Source: Candidatus Brocadiia bacterium (lineage in GTDB: Bacteria; Planctomycetota; Brocadiia; CAIUPP01). Taken from it: a DNA stretch of 64,000 nucleotides. The DNA lies in contig JBEKCB010000005.1 of NCBI GenBank assembly GCA_050015075.1, forward strand, positions 137,436 through 201,435. Reading direction: 5' to 3'. The position numbers and the translations under genes are program-made. The notes beneath the pieces are model-generated. The model saw only the letters and a list, made by a program, of their open reading frames with translations. It was not told the origin of the DNA and ran no database searches. Numbering within the stretch: the first letter of the stretch is position 1; every line of letters starts with the position of its first letter. Below, one piece after another: positions 53,656 to 63,076 of the stretch.

Positions 53656-55977
53656 TCAGCGCACCATGAAGCCGATGCGGTCGAAGTAGATCGCCCCTTT
53701 CGCCGGTTTGCTGGCGTTCAGGATGAAGATGATGTTCATCGCCGATGGCACCGCCTTGATGTAGTCCTCGGTCGTCACGTCGAGCTGGTGAGTCTTCCAC
53801 TGCCCCGTGTCCTTGAGCGGCACGTCGCCAAGGTGCATCCACCAGTTGGCCGGGCTCTGCATCACCACCATGATGCTGGCGTCGAGATCGTCGCACGCGA
53901 AGTCGGGGGAGGTCATAAGGTCGAAGACCACGCCGCGGATGTTGCTCTTGTCGAGCTTGCCGGCTTCAGGCAGGCGGCTGATTTTCAGGACCGCTCTGGC
54001 CTTGTCGGCCGGCACCACGCCGCCGGCCGGCACATCGACGCGCGCCACCGCACGGTTTGGTCGCTTTGTCAGGTCTTCCTTGAGTGCGAAGTCGGATGAG
54101 AAGGTTTCCTTGTCGGTGACGGGCGGGTTGGAGAAGTCCCAGAAGACGACCGGCCGGGGCACCGAAGGCTTCACCGTCATCTTGTTGGTTGCCGTCACAT
54201 CCCCGGACCGGGCGGTGAGCGTCAGCTCGCCGGGCGCCGCCGGCTGCATGTCGAAGTGTCCGACGTCTTCCGCCAGACGGACCTTGCGGCGATCGAACGT
54301 CACGCCGCTGCTGGCGGTGAGGGCGGCCGGCGCGAGCGTACCGCGGTACGGGTCCTCCGTGCCGGCTTCCAGCGCTATCACCTCGCCGCGGATATGGTCG
54401 CCGGCGTACATCTCCGAGGGCATCACGAACCGCAGCTCCGGGGTCCCCGGCGCTGGCTTCTTCTCAGATAGGGCCTTCCGGGCCATGGGCGAGAGGGCCG
54501 GCTTTGCCTTGTCCGGGACGCGCACGTAGGTCATGGAGAAGGGAGCAAGCGTAACGTTGAAGTCATCGCCCGTTTTGAGTCCTTCGATGCGCGGACCGGT
54601 ACTCCACTGTGGGCGCTTCGCCACCGTGTTCCAGTGATACTCCCGGCTGGTCACGGTCGCCAGTTCGCCTTCGCTCGCCGGGCTGAAGCCGGCAATCTGT
54701 ACACCGACCTTTGCCTCGCGCTCCTGGTCCGTATTGACGAACATCACGATCAGCGCATCATCGGAGCGGGAGGCGTAGCTGTAGACCGTCTGGTTGCTGG
54801 AACGGGCGGGGATCAGGCGGTCCCCCATGTAGTTGTTCCAGAGCCAGAGGGCATAGTATTCCGATTTCCGGACATGATGGACGCCGTCCTTGCTGTAAAA
54901 GAGGTCGCTGAAGCAGTCCCACTGGCTGGCGATGCTCACTCCCTTCTCGGCCAACTCCCCCAGGAAGATACTGGCCCAGAGGCCGCTGAACATCCGCGAG
55001 TTGTCTATTCCGCCGGCGAGGTTCCACTCGGTATAGGCGATCTCGATCTGCTTCTCGCGCTGGGGCTGGTACTCGTGGATCCACCTCCTCACCGGGGCCA
55101 CCTGGCTCGCGACCGATCCGCCGATGTCCGCGAACATCCGGGCGTCGCTGAGCGTCCTGCTGCCGGGGTAGGTGTGGATTGAGACGAAGTCCACGTTCGC
55201 GCCGCAGTCGCGGATCATCTCCTCGGCGAACGCGCCGCCGCCGATCTTGATCGTCGGGTCCACCTTACGCATGGCGGCGGCCATGTCGTTATGCTGCTTC
55301 GTATACATCTCGGCTGTGAGCTGGCCCTTGCCGAAGGGTAGCTCTGTGCCCGGTTCCCAGGAGCCCCCCAGCTCGTTGCCGATCTCCCAGTAGTGGACGT
55401 CGTAGCCCATCTTCTTGTTGGCCCACTTCACCCACTCCGCGGCATCGCTGGGCCTGCCCGTGCCGGCATTGGGGCAGGTCAGGGCCTCGGTTCCAGGGAT
55501 TGCCTTGATGAAGTCCTGCTGCGTCTTGACGTCGACGTGACCGTGCCAGCCCCCGGTGGCAGGGTGGAGGGTCCTGGGGTCCACGGTGAAGGAAGGGGCG
55601 TATGCGCTGTAGTCCACCGCCGGATAGCCATCGGGGCCGACCCTGCTCGGGTCCACCTTGCCCTCAGCGTCCCGCACGCCGTTGCCGTTCCAATAGACGC
55701 TGTTGGCCCAGGAGCCGCCCGGAATGCGGATGTAGCGGCCGTGCATCTCGGTCAGCCACTTCCTCACGTCGGCCGCGGCGTATTCGGACCCGTAGTACCA
55801 CATCGCCACGTTGGTCCCGCCGAGCCGCTGCGGGTCCATCGTCCGGAGGGTCTTGGCCGCATCAACGGTGAAGGTCGCCTGGATCGGCGTATCGTCGGCT
55901 GCCAGGGTGGTTGGGCCATGGATCGAGAAGAAGGCTGCAACGCACGCCAGAAGGACGATGGGGTGAAGTCTGGTCAT
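53656..55977 (-). CDS. secreted clan GH-A glycoside hydrolase (GH44/GH51/GH79-like) with C-terminal beta domains
   Basis: Signal peptide, IRIPGGSWAN, YWEIGNE (acid/base), FVSIHTYP, IAYTEWN (nucleophile). Confidence 0.82.
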   Translation of the reverse strand: MTRLHPIVLLACVAAFFSIHGPTTLAADDTPIQATFTVDAAKTLRTMDPQRLGGTNVAMWYYGSEYAAADVRKWLTEMHGRYIRIPGGSWANSVYWNGNGVRDAEGKVDPSRVGPDGYPAVDYSAYAPSFTVDPRTLHPATGGWHGHVDVKTQQDFIKAIPGTEALTCPNAGTGRPSDAAEWVKWANKKMGYDVHYWEIGNELGGSWEPGTELPFGKGQLTAEMYTKQHNDMAAAMRKVDPTIKIGGGAFAEEMIRDCGANVDFVSIHTYPGSRTLSDARMFADIGGSVASQVAPVRRWIHEYQPQREKQIEIAYTEWNLAGGIDNSRMFSGLWASIFLGELAEKGVSIASQWDCFSDLFYSKDGVHHVRKSEYYALWLWNNYMGDRLIPARSSNQTVYSYASRSDDALIVMFVNTDQEREAKVGVQIAGFSPASEGELATVTSREYHWNTVAKRPQWSTGPRIEGLKTGDDFNVTLAPFSMTYVRVPDKAKPALSPMARKALSEKKPAPGTPELRFVMPSEMYAGDHIRGEVIALEAGTEDPYRGTLAPAALTASSGVTFDRRKVRLAEDVGHFDMQPAAPGELTLTARSGDVTATNKMTVKPSVPRPVVFWDFSNPPVTDKETFSSDFALKEDLTKRPNRAVARVDVPAGGVVPADKARAVLKISRLPEAGKLDKSNIRGVVFDLMTSPDFACDDLDASIMVVMQSPANWWMHLGDVPLKDTGQWKTHQLDVTTEDYIKAVPSAMNIIFILNASKPAKGAIYFDRIGFMVR

Positions 55978-56060
55978 AGGATTCGGGATTTCCCATTTGA
56001 CCGCCACTCCAGGGGCGGCCGTCATCCGCACATGACATTGCAGCCGCAAAGCAGCGGTTG

Positions 56061-56210
56061 TCAAGCGCCGGGCGCGGCGCGGTCGAGCTCGCGCAGAGTT
56101 TCGCGGAGCGATGCCGCCTCGTGCGTCTTGCCTGCATGGATTGCCCGCGCGCTCATGCGTTCAGCATGCGGGAATCGGGGACAAAATGCAAGTCCGGCGA
56201 GGGTCGGCGC
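56061..56210 (-). pseudogene. truncated 5' copy of the 50940..53012 gene (right copy of the 146-bp repeat)
   Basis: Reads MSARAIHAGKTHEAASLRETLRELDRAAPGA* versus MGARTINSGKAHEAASLREILRELDRAAPGAPLL... Confidence 0.85.
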
Positions 56211-56431
56211 GCAATTCGTTGATGACGAGGAAGGCCGTCTGTCGCGTCACTCCGCACCGCCCTGACTGACCGGACATTATGCAACTCAATGCAACTCATG
56301 CCCGGGCGGCAGACTAGTTACGTATCGTACCTAGTCACCAGGCCGAGCCTTGTTGCAGGCGCTCCTGAAGCAGTAATGCGGTTGAGCGCAAACGGGCGGG
56401 CAGCGTGTTTGAACGCGAAAGGAGCGAGTTC

Positions 56432-57679
56432 TCAGCCGTTGAATTTGCCGAGGAGCAGCGTGCCGTTGTGGCCGCCGAAGCCGAAGGAGTTGCTGATGGC
56501 TTTGGCGACCCGGACTTGGCGCGGCTGGTTGGGGACGTAGTCGAGGTCGCAGTCCGGGTCGGGCGTCGCGTAGTTGATCGTGGGATGGATAACGTCGCGG
56601 TGCAGGCTGAGAACGGTGGCGACCAGCTCAACTCCGCCGGACGCGCCGAGGAGGTGGCCGATCATGGACTTGGTGGAACTGATGGCGACCTTGCGCGCCG
56701 AGTCGCCGAAGGCGATCTTGACCGCGGCGGTCTCCGCCTTGTCGCCGAGCGGCGTGGAGGTGCCGTGCGCGTTGATGTACGTGATTTCAGCGGCGTTGGA
56801 GCGGCCGTCCAGCAAGGCGGCGGCCATGGCGCGCGCCGGGCCGCGGCCGCTGGGGTCCGGCTCGACGATGTGCGTGCCGTCGCCGGACATTCCGAAGCCG
56901 AGGAACTCGGCGTAGATGCGCGCGCCGCGCTTGCGGGCGTGCTCGAGCTCTTCGAGGACGACGACGCCGGAGCCTTCGCCCATCACGAACCCGTCGCGGT
57001 CCTTGTCGAACGGGCGCGAGGCCTTTTCCGGCTCGTCGTTGCGCGTCGAGAGCGCCTTGGCGGAGCAGAAGCCGGCCATGCCCAGCGGCGTGATGGCGGC
57101 CTCGCTGCCGCCGGTGAGGATCACGTCGGCGGCGCCGGAGCGAAGCGTGGTGAAGGCGATGCCGATGGAGTGGCAACTGGAGGCGCAGGCGGTCGTTGCG
57201 CAGAGGTTCGGCCCCTGAAGGCCATAGTGGATGGAGACCTGGCCGGCGCAGGCGTTGCCCATGAGCTTGGGCACCAGGAACGGGCTGACGCGCGTCGGGC
57301 CGCGCTCGAGCAGGCGCTTGTGCTGCTCCTCGATCTCGATCAGCCCGCCGATGCCGGTGCCGATGATGACGCCGCACCGCGTGCGGTCTTCCTTCTCGAA
57401 GTCCAGCCCGGAATCCTGCACCGACTGCATCGCGGCGATGAGGCCCATCTGCGAGAAGCGGTCAATCCGGTCCGTGGTCCGCTTGTCGAGCCAGCGCCGC
57501 GGATCGAACTGCGGGATCTCGCCGGCGATCTTGCAGGTGAAGCCGGCCGTGTCGAAGCCGGCGATCGGCCGGATGCCGGACTTCCCTGCAAGCAGCGAGT
57601 TCCAATACGTCTCGACGTCCAGCCCGATGGAGCTGATGACGCCCAGACCGGTGACGACGACTCTTCGTTCCCCGCCCAA
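56432..57679 (-). CDS. fabF: beta-ketoacyl-ACP synthase II
   Basis: VVVTGLG, TACASS, SRPFDKDRDGFVMGEG, INAHGTST, KSMIGHLLGA, SNSFGFGGHN. Confidence 0.97.
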   Translation of the reverse strand: MGGERRVVVTGLGVISSIGLDVETYWNSLLAGKSGIRPIAGFDTAGFTCKIAGEIPQFDPRRWLDKRTTDRIDRFSQMGLIAAMQSVQDSGLDFEKEDRTRCGVIIGTGIGGLIEIEEQHKRLLERGPTRVSPFLVPKLMGNACAGQVSIHYGLQGPNLCATTACASSCHSIGIAFTTLRSGAADVILTGGSEAAITPLGMAGFCSAKALSTRNDEPEKASRPFDKDRDGFVMGEGSGVVVLEELEHARKRGARIYAEFLGFGMSGDGTHIVEPDPSGRGPARAMAAALLDGRSNAAEITYINAHGTSTPLGDKAETAAVKIAFGDSARKVAISSTKSMIGHLLGASGGVELVATVLSLHRDVIHPTINYATPDPDCDLDYVPNQPRQVRVAKAISNSFGFGGHNGTLLLGKFNG

Positions 57680-57703
57680 ATGACCTCTCCTGCCGCGAGA
57701 GCG

Positions 57704-57970
57704 TCAGGCGCTCTTCGGGCTCTTGTTGCCGGCGTGCTCCTGGACATACTTGATCGCATCGCCGATGGTGACGATCTTCTGGGCTTCTTCCTCGGGGATG
57801 CTCACGTCGAACTCGTCCTCGATATCCATCATCAACTCGACGGTATCGAGGCTGTCGGCGCCGAGGTCGTTGACGAACGACTTCTCCGGCGCGATCTCCT
57901 CCTTCGGCTTGTCCATCTTCTCGGCGACGATCTCGATAATCCTCTCGGCAATCGCATTCTTGTCGGCCAC
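57704..57970 (-). CDS. acpP: acyl carrier protein
   Basis: DLGADSLDTVELMM. Confidence 0.97.
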   Translation of the reverse strand: MADKNAIAERIIEIVAEKMDKPKEEIAPEKSFVNDLGADSLDTVELMMDIEDEFDVSIPEEEAQKIVTIGDAIKYVQEHAGNKSPKSA

Positions 57971-57990
57971 AGTCTGCTCTCCTTTCTAAC

Positions 57991-58743
57991 TTACATTCCC
58001 ATGCCGCCATCCACATGCAGCACGTGACCGGTGATATACCCGGCTTCCTCGGTCGCGAGGAAGAGCGCGGCGCCGGCGATGTCCGCCGGCTCACTCAAGC
58101 GGCGCAGAGGGATCATGGACATGATCGCCTCCTTCGCCTTGTCCGGCAGTTTATCGGTCATGGCGGTCTTGACGTAGCCCGGCGCGATGGCGTTGACGGT
58201 GATGCTCCGCGACGCCAGCTCGCGGGCCGCCGATTTGGTCAGCCCGATCAGGCCCGCCTTGCTCGCCGAATAGTTGCACTGGCCGGCGTTTCCGATGACG
58301 CCGACGACCGACGCGATGTTGATGATCCGTCCGCTCGGCTGCTTCAGCATATATCGAGCCGCCGCCCGAGTGCAAATGAAGGCGCCGCGCAAATTGATCG
58401 CGAGCACCTTGTCCCACTCCTCGTCGGTCATCCGCAGCAGCAGGTTGTCGCGGGTGATGCCGGCGTTGTTGACGAGGATGTCAATCGAGCCGAAGGCGGT
58501 CGCGATCTCCTTCATGAGCGCGGTGATCTGCTCGCCGTTGGTCACGTCGGCCACGTAGCCCTCGGCGCGCGCGCCGGTGGCCGAGATGGCGGCGGCGGTC
58601 GCCTTGACTTCCTCCATCACGTCGAGCAGCGCGCAACGGGCGCCGGCGTCGGCCAAGGTCTGCGCGATGACCTGCCCGATCCCGCGCGCTCCGCCGGTGA
58701 TGACGGCCGTCTTTCCTTTCAACGGACTCGCTTCTCTGCGCAC
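57991..58743 (-). CDS. fabG: 3-oxoacyl-ACP reductase
   Basis: TGGARGIG, NNAGITRDNLLLRM, GNAGQCNYSASK; GTG start after AAGGAGG. Confidence 0.96.
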   Translation of the reverse strand: MRREASPLKGKTAVITGGARGIGQVIAQTLADAGARCALLDVMEEVKATAAAISATGARAEGYVADVTNGEQITALMKEIATAFGSIDILVNNAGITRDNLLLRMTDEEWDKVLAINLRGAFICTRAAARYMLKQPSGRIINIASVVGVIGNAGQCNYSASKAGLIGLTKSAARELASRSITVNAIAPGYVKTAMTDKLPDKAKEAIMSMIPLRRLSEPADIAGAALFLATEEAGYITGHVLHVDGGMGM

Positions 58744-58764
58744 GACTTCCTCCTTATCCCTGCT

Positions 58765-58792
58765 CCCGCCTTCGCTGAAGCTTCGGCGGGCA
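58765..58792. repeat. REP-like palindrome CCCGCCTTCGCTGAAGCTTCGGCGGGC (family B, copy 3)
   Basis: Variant of 44638-44664 in the fabD-fabG gap. Confidence 0.7.
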
Positions 58793-58800
58793 AGCCGCAC

Positions 58801-59739
58801 TCAGACGTCCAGCCCCGCCTTCAGCAGCTCAACGGTCGAGACGTTCGCGACTTTGCAATCGGGGGCGATGCGTTTCATCAGCCCCGTGAGGACTTTTCCC
58901 GGGCCGACCTCAACGAACCGCGTGCAGCCGTCCTCGACGAGCCGCCGGATGGACCGGCTCCAGAGCACCGGGCTCTTCACCTGCCGCGCCAGCGCGATGC
59001 GGATCTCGTCCGGCTCGCGCACCGGCGCGGCGGTGACGTTCGCGATCACCGGAATCGCGCACGGCTTCATCGGCGCGCCGTTCAACTCCACCTGCAGGCG
59101 CTCCGCGGCCGGCTCCATCAGCGGCGAGTGGAACGCGCCGCTCACCGCCAGCGGCAGCACGCGCTTCGCCTTGCGTTCCCGGGCCAGTTCCGCCACGCGG
59201 GCGACCGCTTCGCGCGTGCCGGACACGACCACCTGGCCGAGGCTGTTGAAATTCGCCGCGACGACCATTCCGGCTTCGCGCGCCTGCGCGCACAGCGCTT
59301 CGACGATCTCGTCGTCGAGGCCCAGCACGCTGGCCATCGTACCGGGGTTCTGCGCGCACGCCTCTTCCATGAACCGGCCGCGCTGCTGCACGAGCCGCAG
59401 GGCGTCCGGGAACTCCAGCGCGCCCGCCATCACGAGAGCGGAATACTCGCCGAGGCTGAGTCCGGCGGCCTCGGAACACTCCTTGACCAGTTCGGGCCGG
59501 GCCTCGCGCAGCGCGGCGACGATCGCGGCGCTCACGGTCAGGATCGCCGGCTGGCTGATCGAGGTGCGGTCCAGCTCGGCCTGCGGCCCGTTGAAGCACA
59601 CGGCCGCGACGTCCCAACCCAGCACTTGCCCGGCCTGCTCAAAGATGCGCGCGGCGGACGGAAACGCCTCCGCGAAGTCGCGTCCCATGCCGACCGTCTG
59701 TGCGCCCTGTCCCGGAAAGAGAAACGCAAGTCGGGCCAT
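58801..59739 (-). CDS. fabD: ACP S-malonyltransferase
   Basis: FPGQGAQ, GLSLGEYSAL, VSGAFHS. Confidence 0.96.
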   Translation of the reverse strand: MARLAFLFPGQGAQTVGMGRDFAEAFPSAARIFEQAGQVLGWDVAAVCFNGPQAELDRTSISQPAILTVSAAIVAALREARPELVKECSEAAGLSLGEYSALVMAGALEFPDALRLVQQRGRFMEEACAQNPGTMASVLGLDDEIVEALCAQAREAGMVVAANFNSLGQVVVSGTREAVARVAELARERKAKRVLPLAVSGAFHSPLMEPAAERLQVELNGAPMKPCAIPVIANVTAAPVREPDEIRIALARQVKSPVLWSRSIRRLVEDGCTRFVEVGPGKVLTGLMKRIAPDCKVANVSTVELLKAGLDV

Positions 59740-59748
59740 GATATCCTT

Positions 59749-59820
59749 AAGTCAGAAGTGGGAACGATGAATGAAGAAGTCCTTCGTCACTCATCCATCG
59801 TACTTCTTCGTTCCTCATCA
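59749..59820. repeat. degenerate inverted heptamer repeats in the fabH-fabD gap
   Basis: GAAGTGG GAACGAT GAATGAA ... TTCGTCA CTCATCC ATCGTAC TTCGTTC. Confidence 0.4.
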
Positions 59821-60810
59821 CCACCGGACCACCGCTGAACTCCAGGACAGCCCGCCGCCGAACGCCACGAACACGACGATGTCGCCGCGCTGGATGCGGC
59901 CCTTCCGGACCGCCTCGTCGAGCGCGATCGGCACCGACGCGGCGGAGGTGTTGCCGTAGCGGTCTATGTTTGTGTAGATCTTGTCCATGCCGACGCCCAG
60001 GCGCTCCGCGGCGGCCTGCAGAATGCGGCTGTTGACCTGGTGCGGGACGATCAGCGCGACGTCGTCCATCGTCAGGCCGGAGCGCTTGAGGGCGCTCTCG
60101 ACGAGTTCGGCCATCTTGACGACGGCGAAGCGGAACGTCTCGCGGCCGTTGATCTGCATGAAGTGGAGGCGCTTGCGGACGGTCTCCTCGGTGGCCGGGG
60201 CCGCGGAGCCGCCGGCGGGCAGCTTCATGAAATCGCCGCCGGAGCCGTCCACGCCGCAGTCGGAGGCGAGCACGCCGCGTCCGTCGGTCGCCGCCCGCAG
60301 CACGGCGGCGCCCGCGCCGTCGCCGAACAGGATGCAGGAGCTGCGGTCGGTGTAATCGGTGATGCGCGTGAGCGTCTCGGCGCCGACGACCAGGACGGTC
60401 TGGCCCGGGTCGGCCTCGATGAGCCGCGCGCCGACGATCAGGCTGTAGAGGAACCCGGCGCAGGCGGCGGAAAGATCGAAGCCGCCGGTGGCCTTCGCGC
60501 CGATCTTCTGCTGGATCATGCAGGCGGTCGAGGGAAAGAGGTAGTCGGGCGTGATCGTGGCGACGATGAGGAGCGAGACTTCCTCGGGGCGGACCTTCGC
60601 ATCGGCCAGGGCGCGGCGGCAGGCCTCGGCGCCAAGGTCGCTGGTGACCTGGCCTTCCGAGACGATCCGCCGCTCGCGGATGCCGGTGCGCGTGAAGATC
60701 CACTCGTCGGTCGTGTCCACCATCTTCTCGAGATCGAAGTTGGTGAGCACGCGCTCCGGCACGTACGAGCCGGTCCCGATGATGGCCGCCCTGACGCGTG
60801 GCTCGCTCAT
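59818..60810 (-). CDS. fabH: beta-ketoacyl-ACP synthase III
   Basis: GTGSYVP, TGIRERR, AACAGF, LFGDGAGA, PHQVN, YGNTSAAS; C-terminal part of ORF 59818..61368. Confidence 0.96.
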   Translation of the reverse strand: MSEPRVRAAIIGTGSYVPERVLTNFDLEKMVDTTDEWIFTRTGIRERRIVSEGQVTSDLGAEACRRALADAKVRPEEVSLLIVATITPDYLFPSTACMIQQKIGAKATGGFDLSAACAGFLYSLIVGARLIEADPGQTVLVVGAETLTRITDYTDRSSCILFGDGAGAAVLRAATDGRGVLASDCGVDGSGGDFMKLPAGGSAAPATEETVRKRLHFMQINGRETFRFAVVKMAELVESALKRSGLTMDDVALIVPHQVNSRILQAAAERLGVGMDKIYTNIDRYGNTSAASVPIALDEAVRKGRIQRGDIVVFVAFGGGLSWSSAVVRW

Positions 60811-61829
60811 TCTTTCTCCGTCGGGAGCATGCCCACGCTGTCGCGCAGCGCGCTGGTGATCGAGCCGCTGACGTTCCCCCGGACGTACGCGATGCCCTTG
60901 AGGACGGCGTTGCAGATGGCGCGCGCGTTCGAGCGGCCGTGGCAGATGATGATGCCGCCGTCCACGCCCAGGAGCAGCCCGCCGCCGTAGTCCGCGAAGT
61001 CCACGCGGCGCTCCAAGTTGAGCAGCACCGGCCGCATGAGGTTGAAACTGAGCCGCCCCCACACGTCGCGGAAGATGGCCGTGCGGAGGATGTCGGCGAG
61101 CATCTCGCCGTAGCCTTCGATCGCCTTGACGAGCGCGTTGCCGACGAAGCCGTCGCAGACGACCACGTCGTGTCGGCCGCGGAAGATGTCGCGGCCTTCG
61201 GCGTTGCCGACGAAATTGATCGGCGCCCGCGCCAGGAGCGCGGCGGCCTCGCGGACGACCGGACCGCCTTTGCTCTCTTCCTCGCCCACGTTGAGGAGGC
61301 CGACGCGCGGCTTTTCGATCTGGAAGATCGCCGAGTGATAGACCGAGGCCATGATGCCGTACTGGCACAGGTGGATCGGCTTGCAGTTGAGGTTCGCGCC
61401 GATGTCCATGATGGTGCAGTGGCCGTTGGCGGACGGTGCGCTGATGGCGATGCCGACGCGCCGCACCCCGGCGATCGGCCGGAGACTGAGCTGCGCGGCG
61501 GCGACCATGGCGCCGGTGTTGCCCGCGCTGATGGCGACGCCCGCCTCGCCGGTGGCGACCATTTTGACGGCGCGGACGATGGAGTTGTCCCGCTTTTTCT
61601 TGATGGCCTCGACCGGCTTCTCGTCCATCGCGATCACCTGCGAAGCGTGGACGATCAGGATGTTCGAGGGGATGGACTGGCCGGCGGCCTTGAACTGGGC
61701 TTCAATGGCGGCGGCATCGCCGACGAGAGCGATCTCGTGATCCGGCCGCGCTTCGGCGGCCTGGATGGCCCCGAGCACGGTCTCTCGCGGCGCGAAGTCG
61801 CCGCCCATTGCATCGAGCGCGATCCGCAT
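60807..61829 (-). CDS. plsX: phosphate acyltransferase
   Basis: IALDAMGGDFAP, SAGNTGA, LLNVGEEESKG, VCDGFVGN, HGRS. Confidence 0.96.
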   Translation of the reverse strand: MRIALDAMGGDFAPRETVLGAIQAAEARPDHEIALVGDAAAIEAQFKAAGQSIPSNILIVHASQVIAMDEKPVEAIKKKRDNSIVRAVKMVATGEAGVAISAGNTGAMVAAAQLSLRPIAGVRRVGIAISAPSANGHCTIMDIGANLNCKPIHLCQYGIMASVYHSAIFQIEKPRVGLLNVGEEESKGGPVVREAAALLARAPINFVGNAEGRDIFRGRHDVVVCDGFVGNALVKAIEGYGEMLADILRTAIFRDVWGRLSFNLMRPVLLNLERRVDFADYGGGLLLGVDGGIIICHGRSNARAICNAVLKGIAYVRGNVSGSITSALRDSVGMLPTEKE

Positions 61830-61832
61830 CGC

Positions 61833-62015
61833 TTACGATTTCTCCATCGAGATCACTTCGCGGCCGGCATAGTAACCGCAGTTCGGGCAAACCGTGTGCG
61901 GTTCCTTCACCGTATCGCACCGCGGACAAAGGGTGGTGCCGCCCTTGCGCAGACTGTCGTGCGTGCGGCGCTTGCGGCCGCGAGTCACCGAGTGCCGTCT
62001 TTTCGGAAGCGCCAT
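61833..62015 (-). CDS. rpmF: 50S ribosomal protein L32 (Zn-ribbon type)
   Basis: MALPKRRHS...KRRTH...CPRC...HTVCPNCGYY. Confidence 0.96.
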   Translation of the reverse strand: MALPKRRHSVTRGRKRRTHDSLRKGGTTLCPRCDTVKEPHTVCPNCGYYAGREVISMEKS

Positions 62016-62211
62016 CGGAGAACCTCTCCAAAAGGAACGGACCGTCCGCTGTCAGCCTTCAGCCGGCCGCCGAACGCCGACAGCTTGCGTTCAACGTCCG
62101 TATGCAAGTTTTCCGTCAGAGGGGCCGGCGGTTTTCCGGAAAAAGGCCGCTCTCCCGCTCGGGCGCGGCTGCCGAGCGGCCTGTGTGGGCATGCGGATAA
62201 AGCAGGCGTTT

Positions 62212-62240
62212 ATCCTATGCGAAAGCCGCCCCGCTGTCAA
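62212..62240 (-). promoter_or_regulatory. sigma70-type promoter of the rpmF-plsX-fab operon
   Basis: TTGACA-17bp-TAGGAT on the minus strand. Confidence 0.7.
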
Positions 62241-62272
62241 GCCGCTCCGCCGGCGCGCGACGAATTCCCGCC

Positions 62273-62992
62273 TTAGTGCGCCGCCGGGATCACGAGCTCC
62301 ATGCCCACTTTCAAGTCGTCGGGGTCCGGCCCGATCTTCGCCTTGTTGGCCTGGTAGATCCGGTCTATATCCGCCTTGGTGGCGGAACCGTACGACTTCT
62401 GGGCGATGGAGGTCAGCGTGTCGCCCGTGGCGATGACATATTTCCCGGCTGCCGCGGCCGGATGGGCCCCGCCCGGCGCGGGCGCAGGACTGCCTGCGGC
62501 GGCCGCCGCGGCGTCCGGAATCTCCAGCTCCATGTTGTCCTTGAGCTTGCCGGGGTCCAGGCCGATCTTATCCTTGTTGGCGTCGTAAATCAGCTTCCAC
62601 TTGGTCGTGGTCTTGTAGAACTGCTCGGAAATGCTCGACAGGGTATCGCCGTGCTGGACCTTGTAGGTCTTCCTGGCCGCGACACGCGGCGGAGGAGGCG
62701 GAGGCGCAACGACGGTGACCGCCGGCATAGCCACGGTGCCCATAGGCATAGGCTCGACGCCGGTCGCCATGGGCGCGGCGCCGGTCACGCCGGCCATCGG
62801 GCCGATTTCGCCGGGGACGCCCATCGGCGGCGAAACCGGCACGACAGGTCCCGGAAGCTCATTCTCGCTGGCCGTGGTGGCCGTTTCCATGGGCGGCATA
62901 TTCCTGTTGTTGTGCCGGAACCACCAGAACACGGCAATGAGCGCAATGAGCAGCACGCCGATCGCAATCCCGATTTTCACATCCCGCTGCAT
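62273..62992 (-). CDS. membrane-anchored protein with two LysM domains
   Basis: N-terminal TM, Pro-rich linker, YKVQHGDTLSSIS...IYDAN and YVIATGDTLTSIA...IYQAN. Confidence 0.9.
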   Translation of the reverse strand: MQRDVKIGIAIGVLLIALIAVFWWFRHNNRNMPPMETATTASENELPGPVVPVSPPMGVPGEIGPMAGVTGAAPMATGVEPMPMGTVAMPAVTVVAPPPPPPRVAARKTYKVQHGDTLSSISEQFYKTTTKWKLIYDANKDKIGLDPGKLKDNMELEIPDAAAAAAGSPAPAPGGAHPAAAAGKYVIATGDTLTSIAQKSYGSATKADIDRIYQANKAKIGPDPDDLKVGMELVIPAAH

Positions 62993-63076
62993 CGGAAAAC
63001 CCTTTCCTAAATCAATCCCGCCGGCGCCTTGGCCGCATTCAAGCGTTGCGGCCGACACGCGTTTATATTTACCGTT

